A DNA stretch of 59,403 bases, taken from positions 1 to 59,403 of the IMG/VR virus record IMGVR_UViG_3300032297_000320; one strand, 5' to 3'. Source of the DNA: a virus (lineage: Duplodnaviria; Caudoviricetes). Below the pieces are notes generated by a model, which saw only the letters and a list, made by a program, of their open reading frames with translations, was not told the origin of the DNA and made no database searches. Shown one piece after another: positions 9,074-18,895 of the stretch. Each line of letters opens with the position of its first letter. Within the stretch, counting starts at the first letter, position 1. The position numbers and the translations under genes were made by a program.

Positions 9074-9099
9074 AGGCTCGTCGTAAGACGGGCCTTTTT
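9074..9099 (+). terminator. Intrinsic terminator ending the + strand module
   Basis: aggctcgtc-GTAA-gacgggcct followed by a T-run, at the strand convergence. Confidence 0.8.
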
Positions 9100-9101
9100 C
9101 T

Positions 9102-9242
9102 TTAGCCCTGCCCAACGCTTAGCTTACGATAAAGCTTTGACGTTTTGAGCTGTGATGTCTTGGTCTTTGCGTGAACGCCCGGACGCTTTTGCTTGGGCTT
9201 AGCCTTGTAGGTAGAGGCTGTTTGGGTTTTAGTCTTTGCCAT
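9102..9242 (-). CDS. Small basic protein (46 aa, KRPGVHAK...GQG)
   Basis: Hand-translated MAKTKTQTASTYKAKPKQKRPGVHAKTKTSQLKTSKLYRKLSVGQG; TAATG-coupled to the upstream gene. Confidence 0.7.
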   Translation of the reverse strand: MAKTKTQTASTYKAKPKQKRPGVHAKTKTSQLKTSKLYRKLSVGQG

Positions 9243-9655
9243 TACTTAAATCGATATAGAAACATCATCAGGACAAGTGCCCCTCCTAAAAACAAAAGTA
9301 AATAATTCTTTACCTTTTCTGTTTTACTTTCAGGCTGAACAAGTTGTGGAGGACACTCCGCCTGTACGCTCACGGGGTAGGGAACCTCCTTTACCTGAGT
9401 CTTCACTATCATCTTATCTTTATACTTTGTGATGACAATGCGCACTGTGTCGTTGTCAATCACTGAGGAATCGCCTTCAGTAGGCACGCTGACGGTGTCA
9501 ACCAAATAAACTGGAGGAGTCACAATCGTATCCCATATCGTAACAACCGTGGGCTTCAAGATGGAAGGGTCCTTCTTGGCTGCTTGATTCAGGTGCCAAG
9601 TTGCGCTGCAGCCAGTAAGTAATCCAGCTGCTAATAGAATCGATATGTGTTTCAT
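9242..9655 (-). CDS. Putative unimolecular spanin
   Basis: N-terminal lipobox (LLTG/C), beta-rich middle, C-terminal transmembrane helix. Confidence 0.65.
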   Translation of the reverse strand: MKHISILLAAGLLTGCSATWHLNQAAKKDPSILKPTVVTIWDTIVTPPVYLVDTVSVPTEGDSSVIDNDTVRIVITKYKDKMIVKTQVKEVPYPVSVQAECPPQLVQPESKTEKVKNYLLLFLGGALVLMMFLYRFK

Positions 9656-12600
9656 TAGAGTTCATTTATTTTATAGTTTTCATATGCTTTCTGGAACTTA
9701 GCTAGTTGTGCGTAGCGCATACGCTCCAATTCTAGTAACCTATCCTCCTTAGTGTTTTCGTCCTTAATGTTTTCTGCAGCCTTCTCCATCTTTCTGATAT
9801 TACGAAGAGCCTTGTCTACAGACTTAGATACCACATACATAGAGCGAACCTTTGATGCATCCTTAGGCTCTAGTTTGTTTGCCTTGGCCTCGTCCATAAA
9901 CTGATTGACCTCAATGCGCCTATCAAAGTAAGACTGAAGGTCTACAAACTTACGGGGCTGTCCATAGAATACACGAGCAAAGGGAACTTGATTTGATTCC
10001 ATCTGATCCCAATTGCCAGTGACAACATTAGAAACAGATTCTGTAGTGCGCAATCCAAATCGTCCTGCACCACCGCTAAGCGTCTCAATTACAAAGTCAA
10101 TCTTATCAGGATTGATGTCAACGATTCCACTCCTAAACTCAGATCCACCAGTCAATTTATTGAGCTGCTTAGCAATCCAAACACTTTGAGGTGTAGCACC
10201 CTTACGACCTAGTTCTGACTCTGGCTTAGGTGTTGGGTCAGTTGGGAAGTTCTCATTATAAATCGTACGCCCGAAGTAGTCTTCGTTAAGTGCAAGAGAC
10301 AACGGAATCTGTCCAATTGTTGGCGTAACAAACTTGATGAGCCAAGAGGATAAGTCCTCGCTAGATGGGAAGTTAATCGGTGAGAACGAACCAATGGCGG
10401 CCTCAAAGATGTTTGATGCAACCTCGCCCACAGACTTGATTCCCTGTCCTGCGTCAGCCATTGCATTTCCTGCAACGTAAAAGACGTTAAGACCATATGG
10501 AAGAGGAATCTTAATATAGTCCTTTCCGTTCGGAGCCATAATGATTATGTTACGCTCCTTCTCAAAGTCTGGAATCTTAGAGTAGAATGACTTGTCATCC
10601 TCATCGTCATCACTAATAAGTTCGTTGATGATTGACATAATGCTTCCAGCCACAAACATTGAGATAGCAATCTTCTGTGCGTTAGTAACCTGAAGCGAAC
10701 GAGTTCCGTCGTCGTTCTTCTTGAATTGAGGCTTAAGGCTTCGAACCAAGCGGGATGTACCCTGAACAGACGCGTTGAAGAACAGATACAAAGAGTTAGC
10801 AACGGGACCAATTGATCCGCTCTTATTGAAGTTAACAGTCAAGCCCTTCGCTAGCTCTGCTGCCTTTTCTCTTGCTAGACCTGCCTTTCGAGACTCAATG
10901 TATGCAGCTAAACGAACACCATTCTCTACAGAAGTGTTGATGCGCTCGACAAAGTTTCCAGCAGCCTGAAGAGCACCATCGCCCTTGCCGCTCATAAGCT
11001 TGTCTACATCCTTACGGAGTTCATCCACAGATTTGCTGTAGAACCACTCCGTCTTAGCGCCATCTTCAATAAACTCGCTATAGTAACGCTCAAATTCATT
11101 GGTTGCCTGAGCATCTTTACCAGACATCTTAAAGATTGCCTTGATTGAAGGGAATACAGACTTTACAATCTTACTAGTAATGTTCTTGCCTTTAAGTAGG
11201 CCACCCTCAATCTCTTGTTCGCTCACAGCATTAACAACAGCAACCTGAATGTCTCGAGAGAAGTTGCGAAGTACAAACTCAGGGTCGTACGTAGTGATGA
11301 ATGAACTCAACAATCGGTTGAATCTACCCAATGACTTCACTAGGAAGTCTGCCTTTACCACATTCGCACCCCGAAGTGCCTCTGCAAGTTTAGGGTCTGC
11401 AAACTGAACAAACTTATATTCGCCATCAATACGAACAGCAAAATTTCTGTCGTCAAGTACGTAGTCCGATATCGTCTTTGCTACATCCTTGATTCCTTTT
11501 GTTGTGGCCTTCTTCTTATACTCCTTGTTTACAGATGGGTCAATAACCTTCCAGATGTCATCGTTGGGGTTCTCCTTGGCAAGTTTGTACAACTTCTGAG
11601 CAACCTCATTCTTACGAGCACGAATAATCGTAGATTGATTCTGAGCAACAGCATTTAAGAATGGAGAGTCCGCCTTAGACTTACGGCCCATTGCACGCTT
11701 CTCCCGACCGCGAACCTCAAGCCCACGACCTCCACCAATTATCTCACTTGCTGAATCCTCTCCCTCAAACCCACGTAGTGGTACGTAGTATTTATACGTA
11801 TCCTCAAAAGCAAGTAGGGTATCAAATGTTTCAAGGCCAAAGTCAAACATACGACTACGTGTGTCTGCGATGATTTCTTGCGTTCCCTTTACTGCATCGC
11901 GAAGTGCAGGTTTTAGGGAGTTAATGTTTGGATTGTATGAGTCGAGCCCATATGAGTTAAGAATAGCTTGAGCCTCAGCATCGGTCATACCAGAGCCAGC
12001 ATTCTCTCGGGTGTACTGAGTAAAGAATTGGTTTGGAGTGAGTCCGTATATTGATAGTATATCGTTCAACTCCTTTGTGCTGATACCTCCCTTTGCTGTT
12101 CCTGCCTCTAGCTCTCGATAAGTTTCTGGGTCTATGCCAGCTAACTGAGCAGCCTCTGACGGCTTTAGATTGTTCTTTTTACGTAGGTCAGTAATAGATT
12201 CTGCAATGTCAGTACGCTGTACTCGGATGTATCTGTTACGCTCTTGAGCGTGAAGAGCATAAAGAAGATCATCAAACTCTTCAAGAGTTACTCCTGCTTT
12301 CTTGACATTAGCAACGACATCCTCTGCTTTCTTCGTTGACTCTGCAATGTCATTCGCTGCCTTTCCGTGCATCAAAATCTCAGCATTACGGAAGTCTTGG
12401 TCAAGACCTACTGGCTTACTAGTTGAATACTCAACATCTTCCTGAAGCTGTATTACACCATAAAGTCGGTCCTGAATTGCAATGCGAGCAAGGTCAGTAT
12501 AGCGCTCCATAGGAGTTCTGTCTCGCTGCTGCCAAGACTTAGAGTCCGCTAGTTGGTCCTCAATGTCGTAGTTTATCTGTGAGGCTTGGAAACCAAGCTG

Positions 12601-15600
12601 CACCTTCTCTTTCGATGAGCTGTCTAATAGTTCATCGTATGGCTTGTTTGCCCGACGAGAAGATGACTCTGATAGTTCTGAGTCTAGAGCGTTATTACGC
12701 TCATCAAGAATTTCTAAGGCTTGGTTGAGAAGCTTAAGCGCACCTTCCCTTCCATCTCCTTCGTAGCGTTTGGAATCCCGCGCTTCTTGAAGAATTCGTC
12801 CATAATAGTCCTCGGACTCTCTGTCTGAGTTGGGGAACTTGATTTCTGCTTCATAGTACTTGATTGATTTTTCATCGATTAGGTTGTTTTCTTGAGCAAA
12901 TGTAAGTAGATTATCTAAATTATCACGCAACTGATCCATAGAAGTTTCTTCGCTAGGAATCATTGCAAGGCTAAATGACTTCTCAGATACCACATACGTG
13001 AATCCACCACCAAATCCGTAATCGTTAAGTGCGTTGATAATTTGCTTTGCAGATGCGTCGCTATTAGCGTTAAATGTTACCTCACTTCCTTCTGCTCCAG
13101 ACTTGTATTCCACAAGCATAACTCCGTTTTGGAAGTCTTCCTTCTTTACGGGTGCCATAATACCCGCAACAGCAGACATAGCAAGGATGTCTTCCTTGTT
13201 GCCAGCAATAGCAGGGCGCATTGATACCTCCTGAGTAACAGAGTTTAACTCGGAGTCGTACCAGCCGCCAATAGTCTTTTCGATTCCGTATACTTGAACA
13301 TCAAACTTTTTTGCGATGTCCCTAAATCCCTTAACAAAGCGCTCAAATGATGGCTTCTTATACTCATCGCGAGCTTCAGATATCTCGTTAACGTACTTAG
13401 CACGATATGGGGCAATGCCTACAATAGACTTGACAATATTGTTGTTAATCTCAAGGTTGTTTGCTGATGCACCACCAGTGACGACAGCACGAGCGGCACG
13501 AATCTTAATTCGCTTCTTAAGCTCTGGGTCGCCCTTCTCTTCAGCCATCTTAGAACGATAATCGCCAAAGACATTTCGTACGTCTACGAACTCATTAAGA
13601 ATCTTTAGGTCCTTGAATCCAGTGATAATCCAAGGGTATGCGGGGTGAATCTTAGCGCCTTCAATTGTACGAGAATCTTTGACCTCCATCTTCTTTGGGT
13701 CAAACTCAAGGACAGCAACAATGTCACCGTACTGAGCATTTGCAAGCAGGGGCTCATTGACGTAGTCTAGGATAGTTTCAATTCTAGGCAAACCAAATCG
13801 CTTGTTGGCCTCCGCAGAAAACAGAGCCTCATTAAACTCTGCACGAACTTCATATCCAACCTTCTTTGGGCCATCGTTTGGCATAAGGTTCTTAAGTTCG
13901 GACAGCTTCTTGATTTGAAGTGGCAAACCTTTCTCCTCTAGCGCTGACTCAATTGGTTTCTTCTTTAACTTGGAGTTGATATACTCAACAAGTTCAGCCT
14001 CAGTAGCACGCTTGTCCTTAACAGCCTTATTAACTTCCTCAAGCATATAGCCCCAAAACTGAAAGTTGCCACGGATTCCACGGCTGTCCTGAGACATAAG
14101 CAATACTCGTCCATCAAACTTCTTGAGCTTGCTCAATATCTTCTTTGCTGTTTTTTCGTCGGTGAATGCCCAACCTCCTTCTCCGAGGAGCGGGTAAAAC
14201 ACACCACCATCAAAGGTATATGTAACCCCCGTTGGTGACTTCACAGTGCCTGTAACAGCAAGGTCCATAGCATATGTTATTGCTGGCTTGCCCACATATT
14301 CGCTAAGGTCTGCAAATTGTATTTTTTCCTTATTAAATGTGCGATTAACATACGAATCATCCTTGCCTTGCCTAGAGCTAGACTCTGAAACAGAAGGTAT
14401 AGATGTAGTCGCCTCAGACTCTAGTCCAGTGTATGTTTGATCGTCAATTGATGAGTCAAACAATGCCCCAGAGAACGAGTTCATAAAGTCAATAAACTCA
14501 CCACGAGTATTCAACTTTAGGGCAGGTGATATTTTACCAATGAAGTTGTTTAACCACTGAATAAGCTTGTCCATAGTGGACTTACTGATGCGATTACCGC
14601 TAAGGGCAATCATTCCAGCAGTTTGTGCTATGAACTCTTCAGGACTCTCTTTTGCTGTGTATTCGCCATCATTTACGAACTGCTCTACCTCATCTGCTAA
14701 CTGCTTATCTTGAGCAGAACCAGTGCGCAATACACGCAGGATTCCATCTTTAAATTCAGATGCTACCTTCTCCCTTGTTTGTTGGTTACCTTTAGAGAAT
14801 CTAGATACAAATGCCGCGTGGAATACTTCGTGGAATGGGTCCGACAGAAGCATATCCTCGAGGTTAATATGTATTTCATTACGGCTAGGAATAAACCTTC
14901 CGCCATCTCTTGCGGCATCAGAAGCCCCACTTGCAGAAACTTCATTCATTGCAGCATCAAACTCTTCTCTGCTGTTATGTACGACAACCTTGGTCTTTAG
15001 TCCTAAACGAGCAAGTAACTTCTTAGCCATAGATACAGCTGCTGTTGCTTGATCCTTAGATACAATGCCTTTGGGTGTCTCCTTTTCCGCGGCGGGTTGT
15101 TTCTCAGCCTCCTCTGTTGTTGGTTCGGCTACAGGTTCGGCTACGGGTTCGGCAACGGGGCGCTCTTTTGCGGGTACCTTTTCTTTGGTTGTTACCTCAC
15201 GAGTAATAGTCTCGTACTCCTGAAGCCAGATTACTTCTGGAACATCTCCAATCTGTTTTTTGCGAGCATCAATAGCGATGTCCATCGCAAGTTCTGGGCG
15301 GTTTATCACACTGATGCGGACTGAAGAAATATCCTGTCCCTTTGGCGTCTTTGGACGCATCACAACACCAGTGAGATTTCCGTCTGCGTCAAATATTGAC
15401 TCTACGTATTCAAGACCTAAGATGTTATCAGCAACACGAGCCTGACGACCAACCTCTTGTTTGGTTGCTTTATCGTATGTTACAACATCAATCGAACCGT
15501 CTTCTTGAGTTTCGATTACTGATGTTTGACCATCGGTTTCTGTGCCAACAGCAACCTCAAGGTTATTTAACCTTTCGAAGAGGCGGAACTTCCCGCGTCG

Positions 15601-17595
15601 GACTTCTGGCTCGACAACCGTGCGGCTACCCGCTCGAGGAGCTCCAACTGGGACTTCTTCGGTAACTTGTTCAGTTGTAGTAATTGTTTTGTTGTCATAG
15701 TACTCTAGTTCGTCAAATTTATCTTCTAGTGTTTGGATGTACGCCTGCTTTGCGTCTGCAGGAATGTCAGACTTGTCTATGTCCTCAATAAGCTGAAGGA
15801 TGCGCTCCTGCGCTGCCTCAGCGTCTGATTGTTCTACCTCATCTCCTCGCTCTACAGCTTGGAGTGTGGCATCCATACCAATGGACTCAAGTATTAGTTT
15901 TTCACGTGCTTGAAGTACTCGATCTGCTGGAGTCGCTTCTTTGCCTGCTCCTTCGATAGGTTGGGCTTCGATAGCGGCTTCCCCTTCTGCGATAGGACTT
16001 GGTATCCCTGTTTCTTTTTGACTATCATACTCGTAGACTTTAATGTTGGGGTCGTACTTAGATTCAATCTTTGTCTTCTCGGAGTAAATTTGTTTTACTT
16101 TCTCCTGAAGCGCATCTTTTGATTGCTCATTCTTGAGTTCTGGATAAATCAACTGAGCCATAGAAAGCTCTTGATTCAATGAAATAACATTGTTGCGATC
16201 TTCTTCACTGAACTCCTCGTAAAAAGATGCAAGATTATTTTCTACCTGCTTAAGTTCTGCAAGTTTATTGATGATTTGACCCTTAACTACAGCCTTTTCT
16301 GATGCGCTAGTATTGGGGTCTTGGTGAACATCATACAAATCATTTATCTCTTCTGAGATATTACGACGCTTGTTAATGTTATTTGCTGTTCCTATTGCAC
16401 TAGGCCCCTTTGATAAAAGAGTAATTGGAGAACCAATTGCAGAGCCAAGAATGAATGCGTCCGCCATCCCATAGACGTTACTCTTGGAAAACATATCTTC
16501 TCCAAAAACGAGTGCATCCATAGCATTGCTAGAAATCTCAACAGCAAGCTCTTCGAGACCCTCTTGAAAACCTTCGGTTGCTACATCTTTGCCTACTTGC
16601 TTAGCGGCTTGAAGTGTTGGGCGAGTTGATTTAGCAATATCAGACACTAACCCTTTACGGAACCCACCGCGGATCAAGTCATCAACGCTAGTGCGGAACA
16701 TAAGCTCAGATGCAATCTCACCAGTGCCCTTGTATGTGGCAACAGCTAAATTAGTAACTGCATCAATAAAGTCATCCTCAGGATTCTTTTCAGCAGCATC
16801 AAGATACGCTTGACCAGCTGACGACATACCGAGAGGGACCATAGGCGCTACATCCTCAGCAATCTTTTTAACCAACTTTGTACGTGGCGCAAGTATAGAA
16901 CCAGTTCTTAGTCCTGCAGCGGTTGCTCCTTCAGCAGCCATCGTAGCACGACCAATAGCTCCCATAGCATACATCTGAGGTATTTGACGACCAGCCTCAA
17001 ACGCAATAAGTTTAGCTCCAATTAAAGGGTTCTCTTGAAATGTTTCTACGATACCCTTTCCAATTGTTTCCTCTCCAACATATTCCGACTGAAGTCGTTC
17101 TTTTTCTTGGTTTAGTGGCTCAAGAAGTTTTGCTGAGTTTGAGGAAAAGTAGTTTGTGTTGTTACCAAGAAGTAATGTCTCTACAGCTCTGTTCAAAAAC
17201 GTGTTTGCAGAAACAACACCTTCGGCAATAGATTGACCAACGTATGAGCCAATGTCGGCAAACTTTTGTGCTTGTGCAGCACGCTGTTCTTCAATTACTT
17301 GCTGTCGAGTTTTTTGTGGCTCTTTATCCTTAGTTCCTTCAAACTTGGGAACTTCACCGAAAGGAGCAGGGACTTCAGCTAATGTAGCCGAAGCAGAAAG
17401 TTCTTCCGAAAAGAGTGAATCGGATGCCTCGGAAGATTCTTTTTTTTTTACGTCAAGATTTACCTGATCAGCATACACTGGGTACTTTTCAACCATCTTA
17501 CCAACCAATAGCGAGTCGTCAACGTCAGCATATTGTGGATACTTTGACTTTACCTTAGCCGCAAATTCAGCTACTGATAACTTAGGTTCTGGCAT
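9655..17595 (-). CDS. Large polyvalent internal virion/ejection protein (HExxH zincin-like motif, XRE HTH, C-terminal LPD38-like region)
   Basis: N-terminal KYPQY module, FHEVFH, LRKKNNLKPSEAAQLAGI, NFNKSG..ANSLYLFFNASVQG, YIKIPLPYG. Confidence 0.75.
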   Translation of the reverse strand: MPEPKLSVAEFAAKVKSKYPQYADVDDSLLVGKMVEKYPVYADQVNLDVKKKESSEASDSLFSEELSASATLAEVPAPFGEVPKFEGTKDKEPQKTRQQVIEEQRAAQAQKFADIGSYVGQSIAEGVVSANTFLNRAVETLLLGNNTNYFSSNSAKLLEPLNQEKERLQSEYVGEETIGKGIVETFQENPLIGAKLIAFEAGRQIPQMYAMGAIGRATMAAEGATAAGLRTGSILAPRTKLVKKIAEDVAPMVPLGMSSAGQAYLDAAEKNPEDDFIDAVTNLAVATYKGTGEIASELMFRTSVDDLIRGGFRKGLVSDIAKSTRPTLQAAKQVGKDVATEGFQEGLEELAVEISSNAMDALVFGEDMFSKSNVYGMADAFILGSAIGSPITLLSKGPSAIGTANNINKRRNISEEINDLYDVHQDPNTSASEKAVVKGQIINKLAELKQVENNLASFYEEFSEEDRNNVISLNQELSMAQLIYPELKNEQSKDALQEKVKQIYSEKTKIESKYDPNIKVYEYDSQKETGIPSPIAEGEAAIEAQPIEGAGKEATPADRVLQAREKLILESIGMDATLQAVERGDEVEQSDAEAAQERILQLIEDIDKSDIPADAKQAYIQTLEDKFDELEYYDNKTITTTEQVTEEVPVGAPRAGSRTVVEPEVRRGKFRLFERLNNLEVAVGTETDGQTSVIETQEDGSIDVVTYDKATKQEVGRQARVADNILGLEYVESIFDADGNLTGVVMRPKTPKGQDISSVRISVINRPELAMDIAIDARKKQIGDVPEVIWLQEYETITREVTTKEKVPAKERPVAEPVAEPVAEPTTEEAEKQPAAEKETPKGIVSKDQATAAVSMAKKLLARLGLKTKVVVHNSREEFDAAMNEVSASGASDAARDGGRFIPSRNEIHINLEDMLLSDPFHEVFHAAFVSRFSKGNQQTREKVASEFKDGILRVLRTGSAQDKQLADEVEQFVNDGEYTAKESPEEFIAQTAGMIALSGNRISKSTMDKLIQWLNNFIGKISPALKLNTRGEFIDFMNSFSGALFDSSIDDQTYTGLESEATTSIPSVSESSSRQGKDDSYVNRTFNKEKIQFADLSEYVGKPAITYAMDLAVTGTVKSPTGVTYTFDGGVFYPLLGEGGWAFTDEKTAKKILSKLKKFDGRVLLMSQDSRGIRGNFQFWGYMLEEVNKAVKDKRATEAELVEYINSKLKKKPIESALEEKGLPLQIKKLSELKNLMPNDGPKKVGYEVRAEFNEALFSAEANKRFGLPRIETILDYVNEPLLANAQYGDIVAVLEFDPKKMEVKDSRTIEGAKIHPAYPWIITGFKDLKILNEFVDVRNVFGDYRSKMAEEKGDPELKKRIKIRAARAVVTGGASANNLEINNNIVKSIVGIAPYRAKYVNEISEARDEYKKPSFERFVKGFRDIAKKFDVQVYGIEKTIGGWYDSELNSVTQEVSMRPAIAGNKEDILAMSAVAGIMAPVKKEDFQNGVMLVEYKSGAEGSEVTFNANSDASAKQIINALNDYGFGGGFTYVVSEKSFSLAMIPSEETSMDQLRDNLDNLLTFAQENNLIDEKSIKYYEAEIKFPNSDRESEDYYGRILQEARDSKRYEGDGREGALKLLNQALEILDERNNALDSELSESSSRRANKPYDELLDSSSKEKVQLGFQASQINYDIEDQLADSKSWQQRDRTPMERYTDLARIAIQDRLYGVIQLQEDVEYSTSKPVGLDQDFRNAEILMHGKAANDIAESTKKAEDVVANVKKAGVTLEEFDDLLYALHAQERNRYIRVQRTDIAESITDLRKKNNLKPSEAAQLAGIDPETYRELEAGTAKGGISTKELNDILSIYGLTPNQFFTQYTRENAGSGMTDAEAQAILNSYGLDSYNPNINSLKPALRDAVKGTQEIIADTRSRMFDFGLETFDTLLAFEDTYKYYVPLRGFEGEDSASEIIGGGRGLEVRGREKRAMGRKSKADSPFLNAVAQNQSTIIRARKNEVAQKLYKLAKENPNDDIWKVIDPSVNKEYKKKATTKGIKDVAKTISDYVLDDRNFAVRIDGEYKFVQFADPKLAEALRGANVVKADFLVKSLGRFNRLLSSFITTYDPEFVLRNFSRDIQVAVVNAVSEQEIEGGLLKGKNITSKIVKSVFPSIKAIFKMSGKDAQATNEFERYYSEFIEDGAKTEWFYSKSVDELRKDVDKLMSGKGDGALQAAGNFVERINTSVENGVRLAAYIESRKAGLAREKAAELAKGLTVNFNKSGSIGPVANSLYLFFNASVQGTSRLVRSLKPQFKKNDDGTRSLQVTNAQKIAISMFVAGSIMSIINELISDDDEDDKSFYSKIPDFEKERNIIIMAPNGKDYIKIPLPYGLNVFYVAGNAMADAGQGIKSVGEVASNIFEAAIGSFSPINFPSSEDLSSWLIKFVTPTIGQIPLSLALNEDYFGRTIYNENFPTDPTPKPESELGRKGATPQSVWIAKQLNKLTGGSEFRSGIVDINPDKIDFVIETLSGGAGRFGLRTTESVSNVVTGNWDQMESNQVPFARVFYGQPRKFVDLQSYFDRRIEVNQFMDEAKANKLEPKDASKVRSMYVVSKSVDKALRNIRKMEKAAENIKDENTKEDRLLELERMRYAQLAKFQKAYENYKINEL

Positions 17596-17605
17596 ATCTT
17601 AACGT

Positions 17606-18895
17606 TTAAAGGCCGAGTCCAAGAGGATCACTTCCTGATTGCGAAGGTACGGCATTTTGCGAAGTGCCTGCTGAGCGCTGAGACGATGGAAGTATCTTAA
17701 AGTACTCATCTGACAGCCCATCAGTTGCCTTGCGAAGTAATGAAAGGTCGCTATCTTTAGCGGGACGAGCAACTTCTCTGATAGTGGTAACCTCGTTACC
17801 TAATTCATCGAGAGATTTCTCCTTCACCTCAAGTATAACTTGTGGCTTTCCGTTTAGCTTTCCAAAGCGAACAATGTTACCTCGTGTAGTGTTCACTGGG
17901 GCAAAGTCAATAGGGACCATATAGCCACTAGCGATAACTTTATCTCCAACACGCTGAGTGTAAGGAGCAGGGTCTATTCCAAAGTATTTGTTTCCACGCT
18001 GAGCTTCGTTTGCTTTTTGATTAAGCTTAGCATACTCAAGATTAATCTTCTGCTGTTGGAGATTCATCTCGGCAGGGTTCACGGCAACCTTAGGGATGAC
18101 AGCCATAAATGAATTAACAACGTCGTCCTTGAATTTATTAGCAAGACGATCGCGTTGTGGAGCGAACTGCTCAGTGTCAATTACGTCAAGATCAGCACGA
18201 CTTGTAATTTCACCATTACGACCAATTACTCCTTCACGTACACCTGAATATATAATTGAGTTCTTCAATTGATTTGGGTCAATGTACCTAGCATCAATAG
18301 CGTTTGTAATAAACTCACGAGCCTTATCTAGGTCAACACTGCCATCTTTTTTTGTGTAGTCGTTGATGTTCTTACGGAACAAATCCTCGTACTCCTTAGA
18401 TACTTGAGTAGGGGCCTGCATATCGTACTTATACTTTGGCATAAGCGTAAACGGATTTGCCGCTAGCGACATAATCTGATTAGCATCACGCTTTGTAGAA
18501 CGTTCACGATTGAATAAGTCAATTGCTTCTTGACCGCTTACACCAAACTTATCTGGGTCCGAGTTCCAAGACGACCATTGCTGTCTGTAGTTGTCAGCCA
18601 AAAACCGAGCGGTACCCGCTACTTCGTTGTATGAAGCATTAGCCTCACGAACCTTACGGCGTAGCTCTACGCTATCTGGGTCACGTGCAAGTTCTTTTAG
18701 TGCCTTCTCTACCTCAGCATATGACGTCTGAACAGCTTCCTTGTCTCCGTCGAGGTATGTGCCAGCCTTCTTGTCAAACTGAGACGACCACTCGTCAAAC
18801 TGCAGTTGCTTCTGGCGCTCACGCTCGTTGAGATTATACTGAAGCTCTGCGAAGTTTGGTAGGTTTACTACGCCACTCGGTATTAGTTTCGCCAT
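17606..18895 (-). CDS. Putative internal virion/ejection protein
   Basis: Helical 429-aa ORF in the ejection-protein position, ending DPLGLGL. Confidence 0.55.
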   Translation of the reverse strand: MAKLIPSGVVNLPNFAELQYNLNERERQKQLQFDEWSSQFDKKAGTYLDGDKEAVQTSYAEVEKALKELARDPDSVELRRKVREANASYNEVAGTARFLADNYRQQWSSWNSDPDKFGVSGQEAIDLFNRERSTKRDANQIMSLAANPFTLMPKYKYDMQAPTQVSKEYEDLFRKNINDYTKKDGSVDLDKAREFITNAIDARYIDPNQLKNSIIYSGVREGVIGRNGEITSRADLDVIDTEQFAPQRDRLANKFKDDVVNSFMAVIPKVAVNPAEMNLQQQKINLEYAKLNQKANEAQRGNKYFGIDPAPYTQRVGDKVIASGYMVPIDFAPVNTTRGNIVRFGKLNGKPQVILEVKEKSLDELGNEVTTIREVARPAKDSDLSLLRKATDGLSDEYFKILPSSQRSAGTSQNAVPSQSGSDPLGLGL

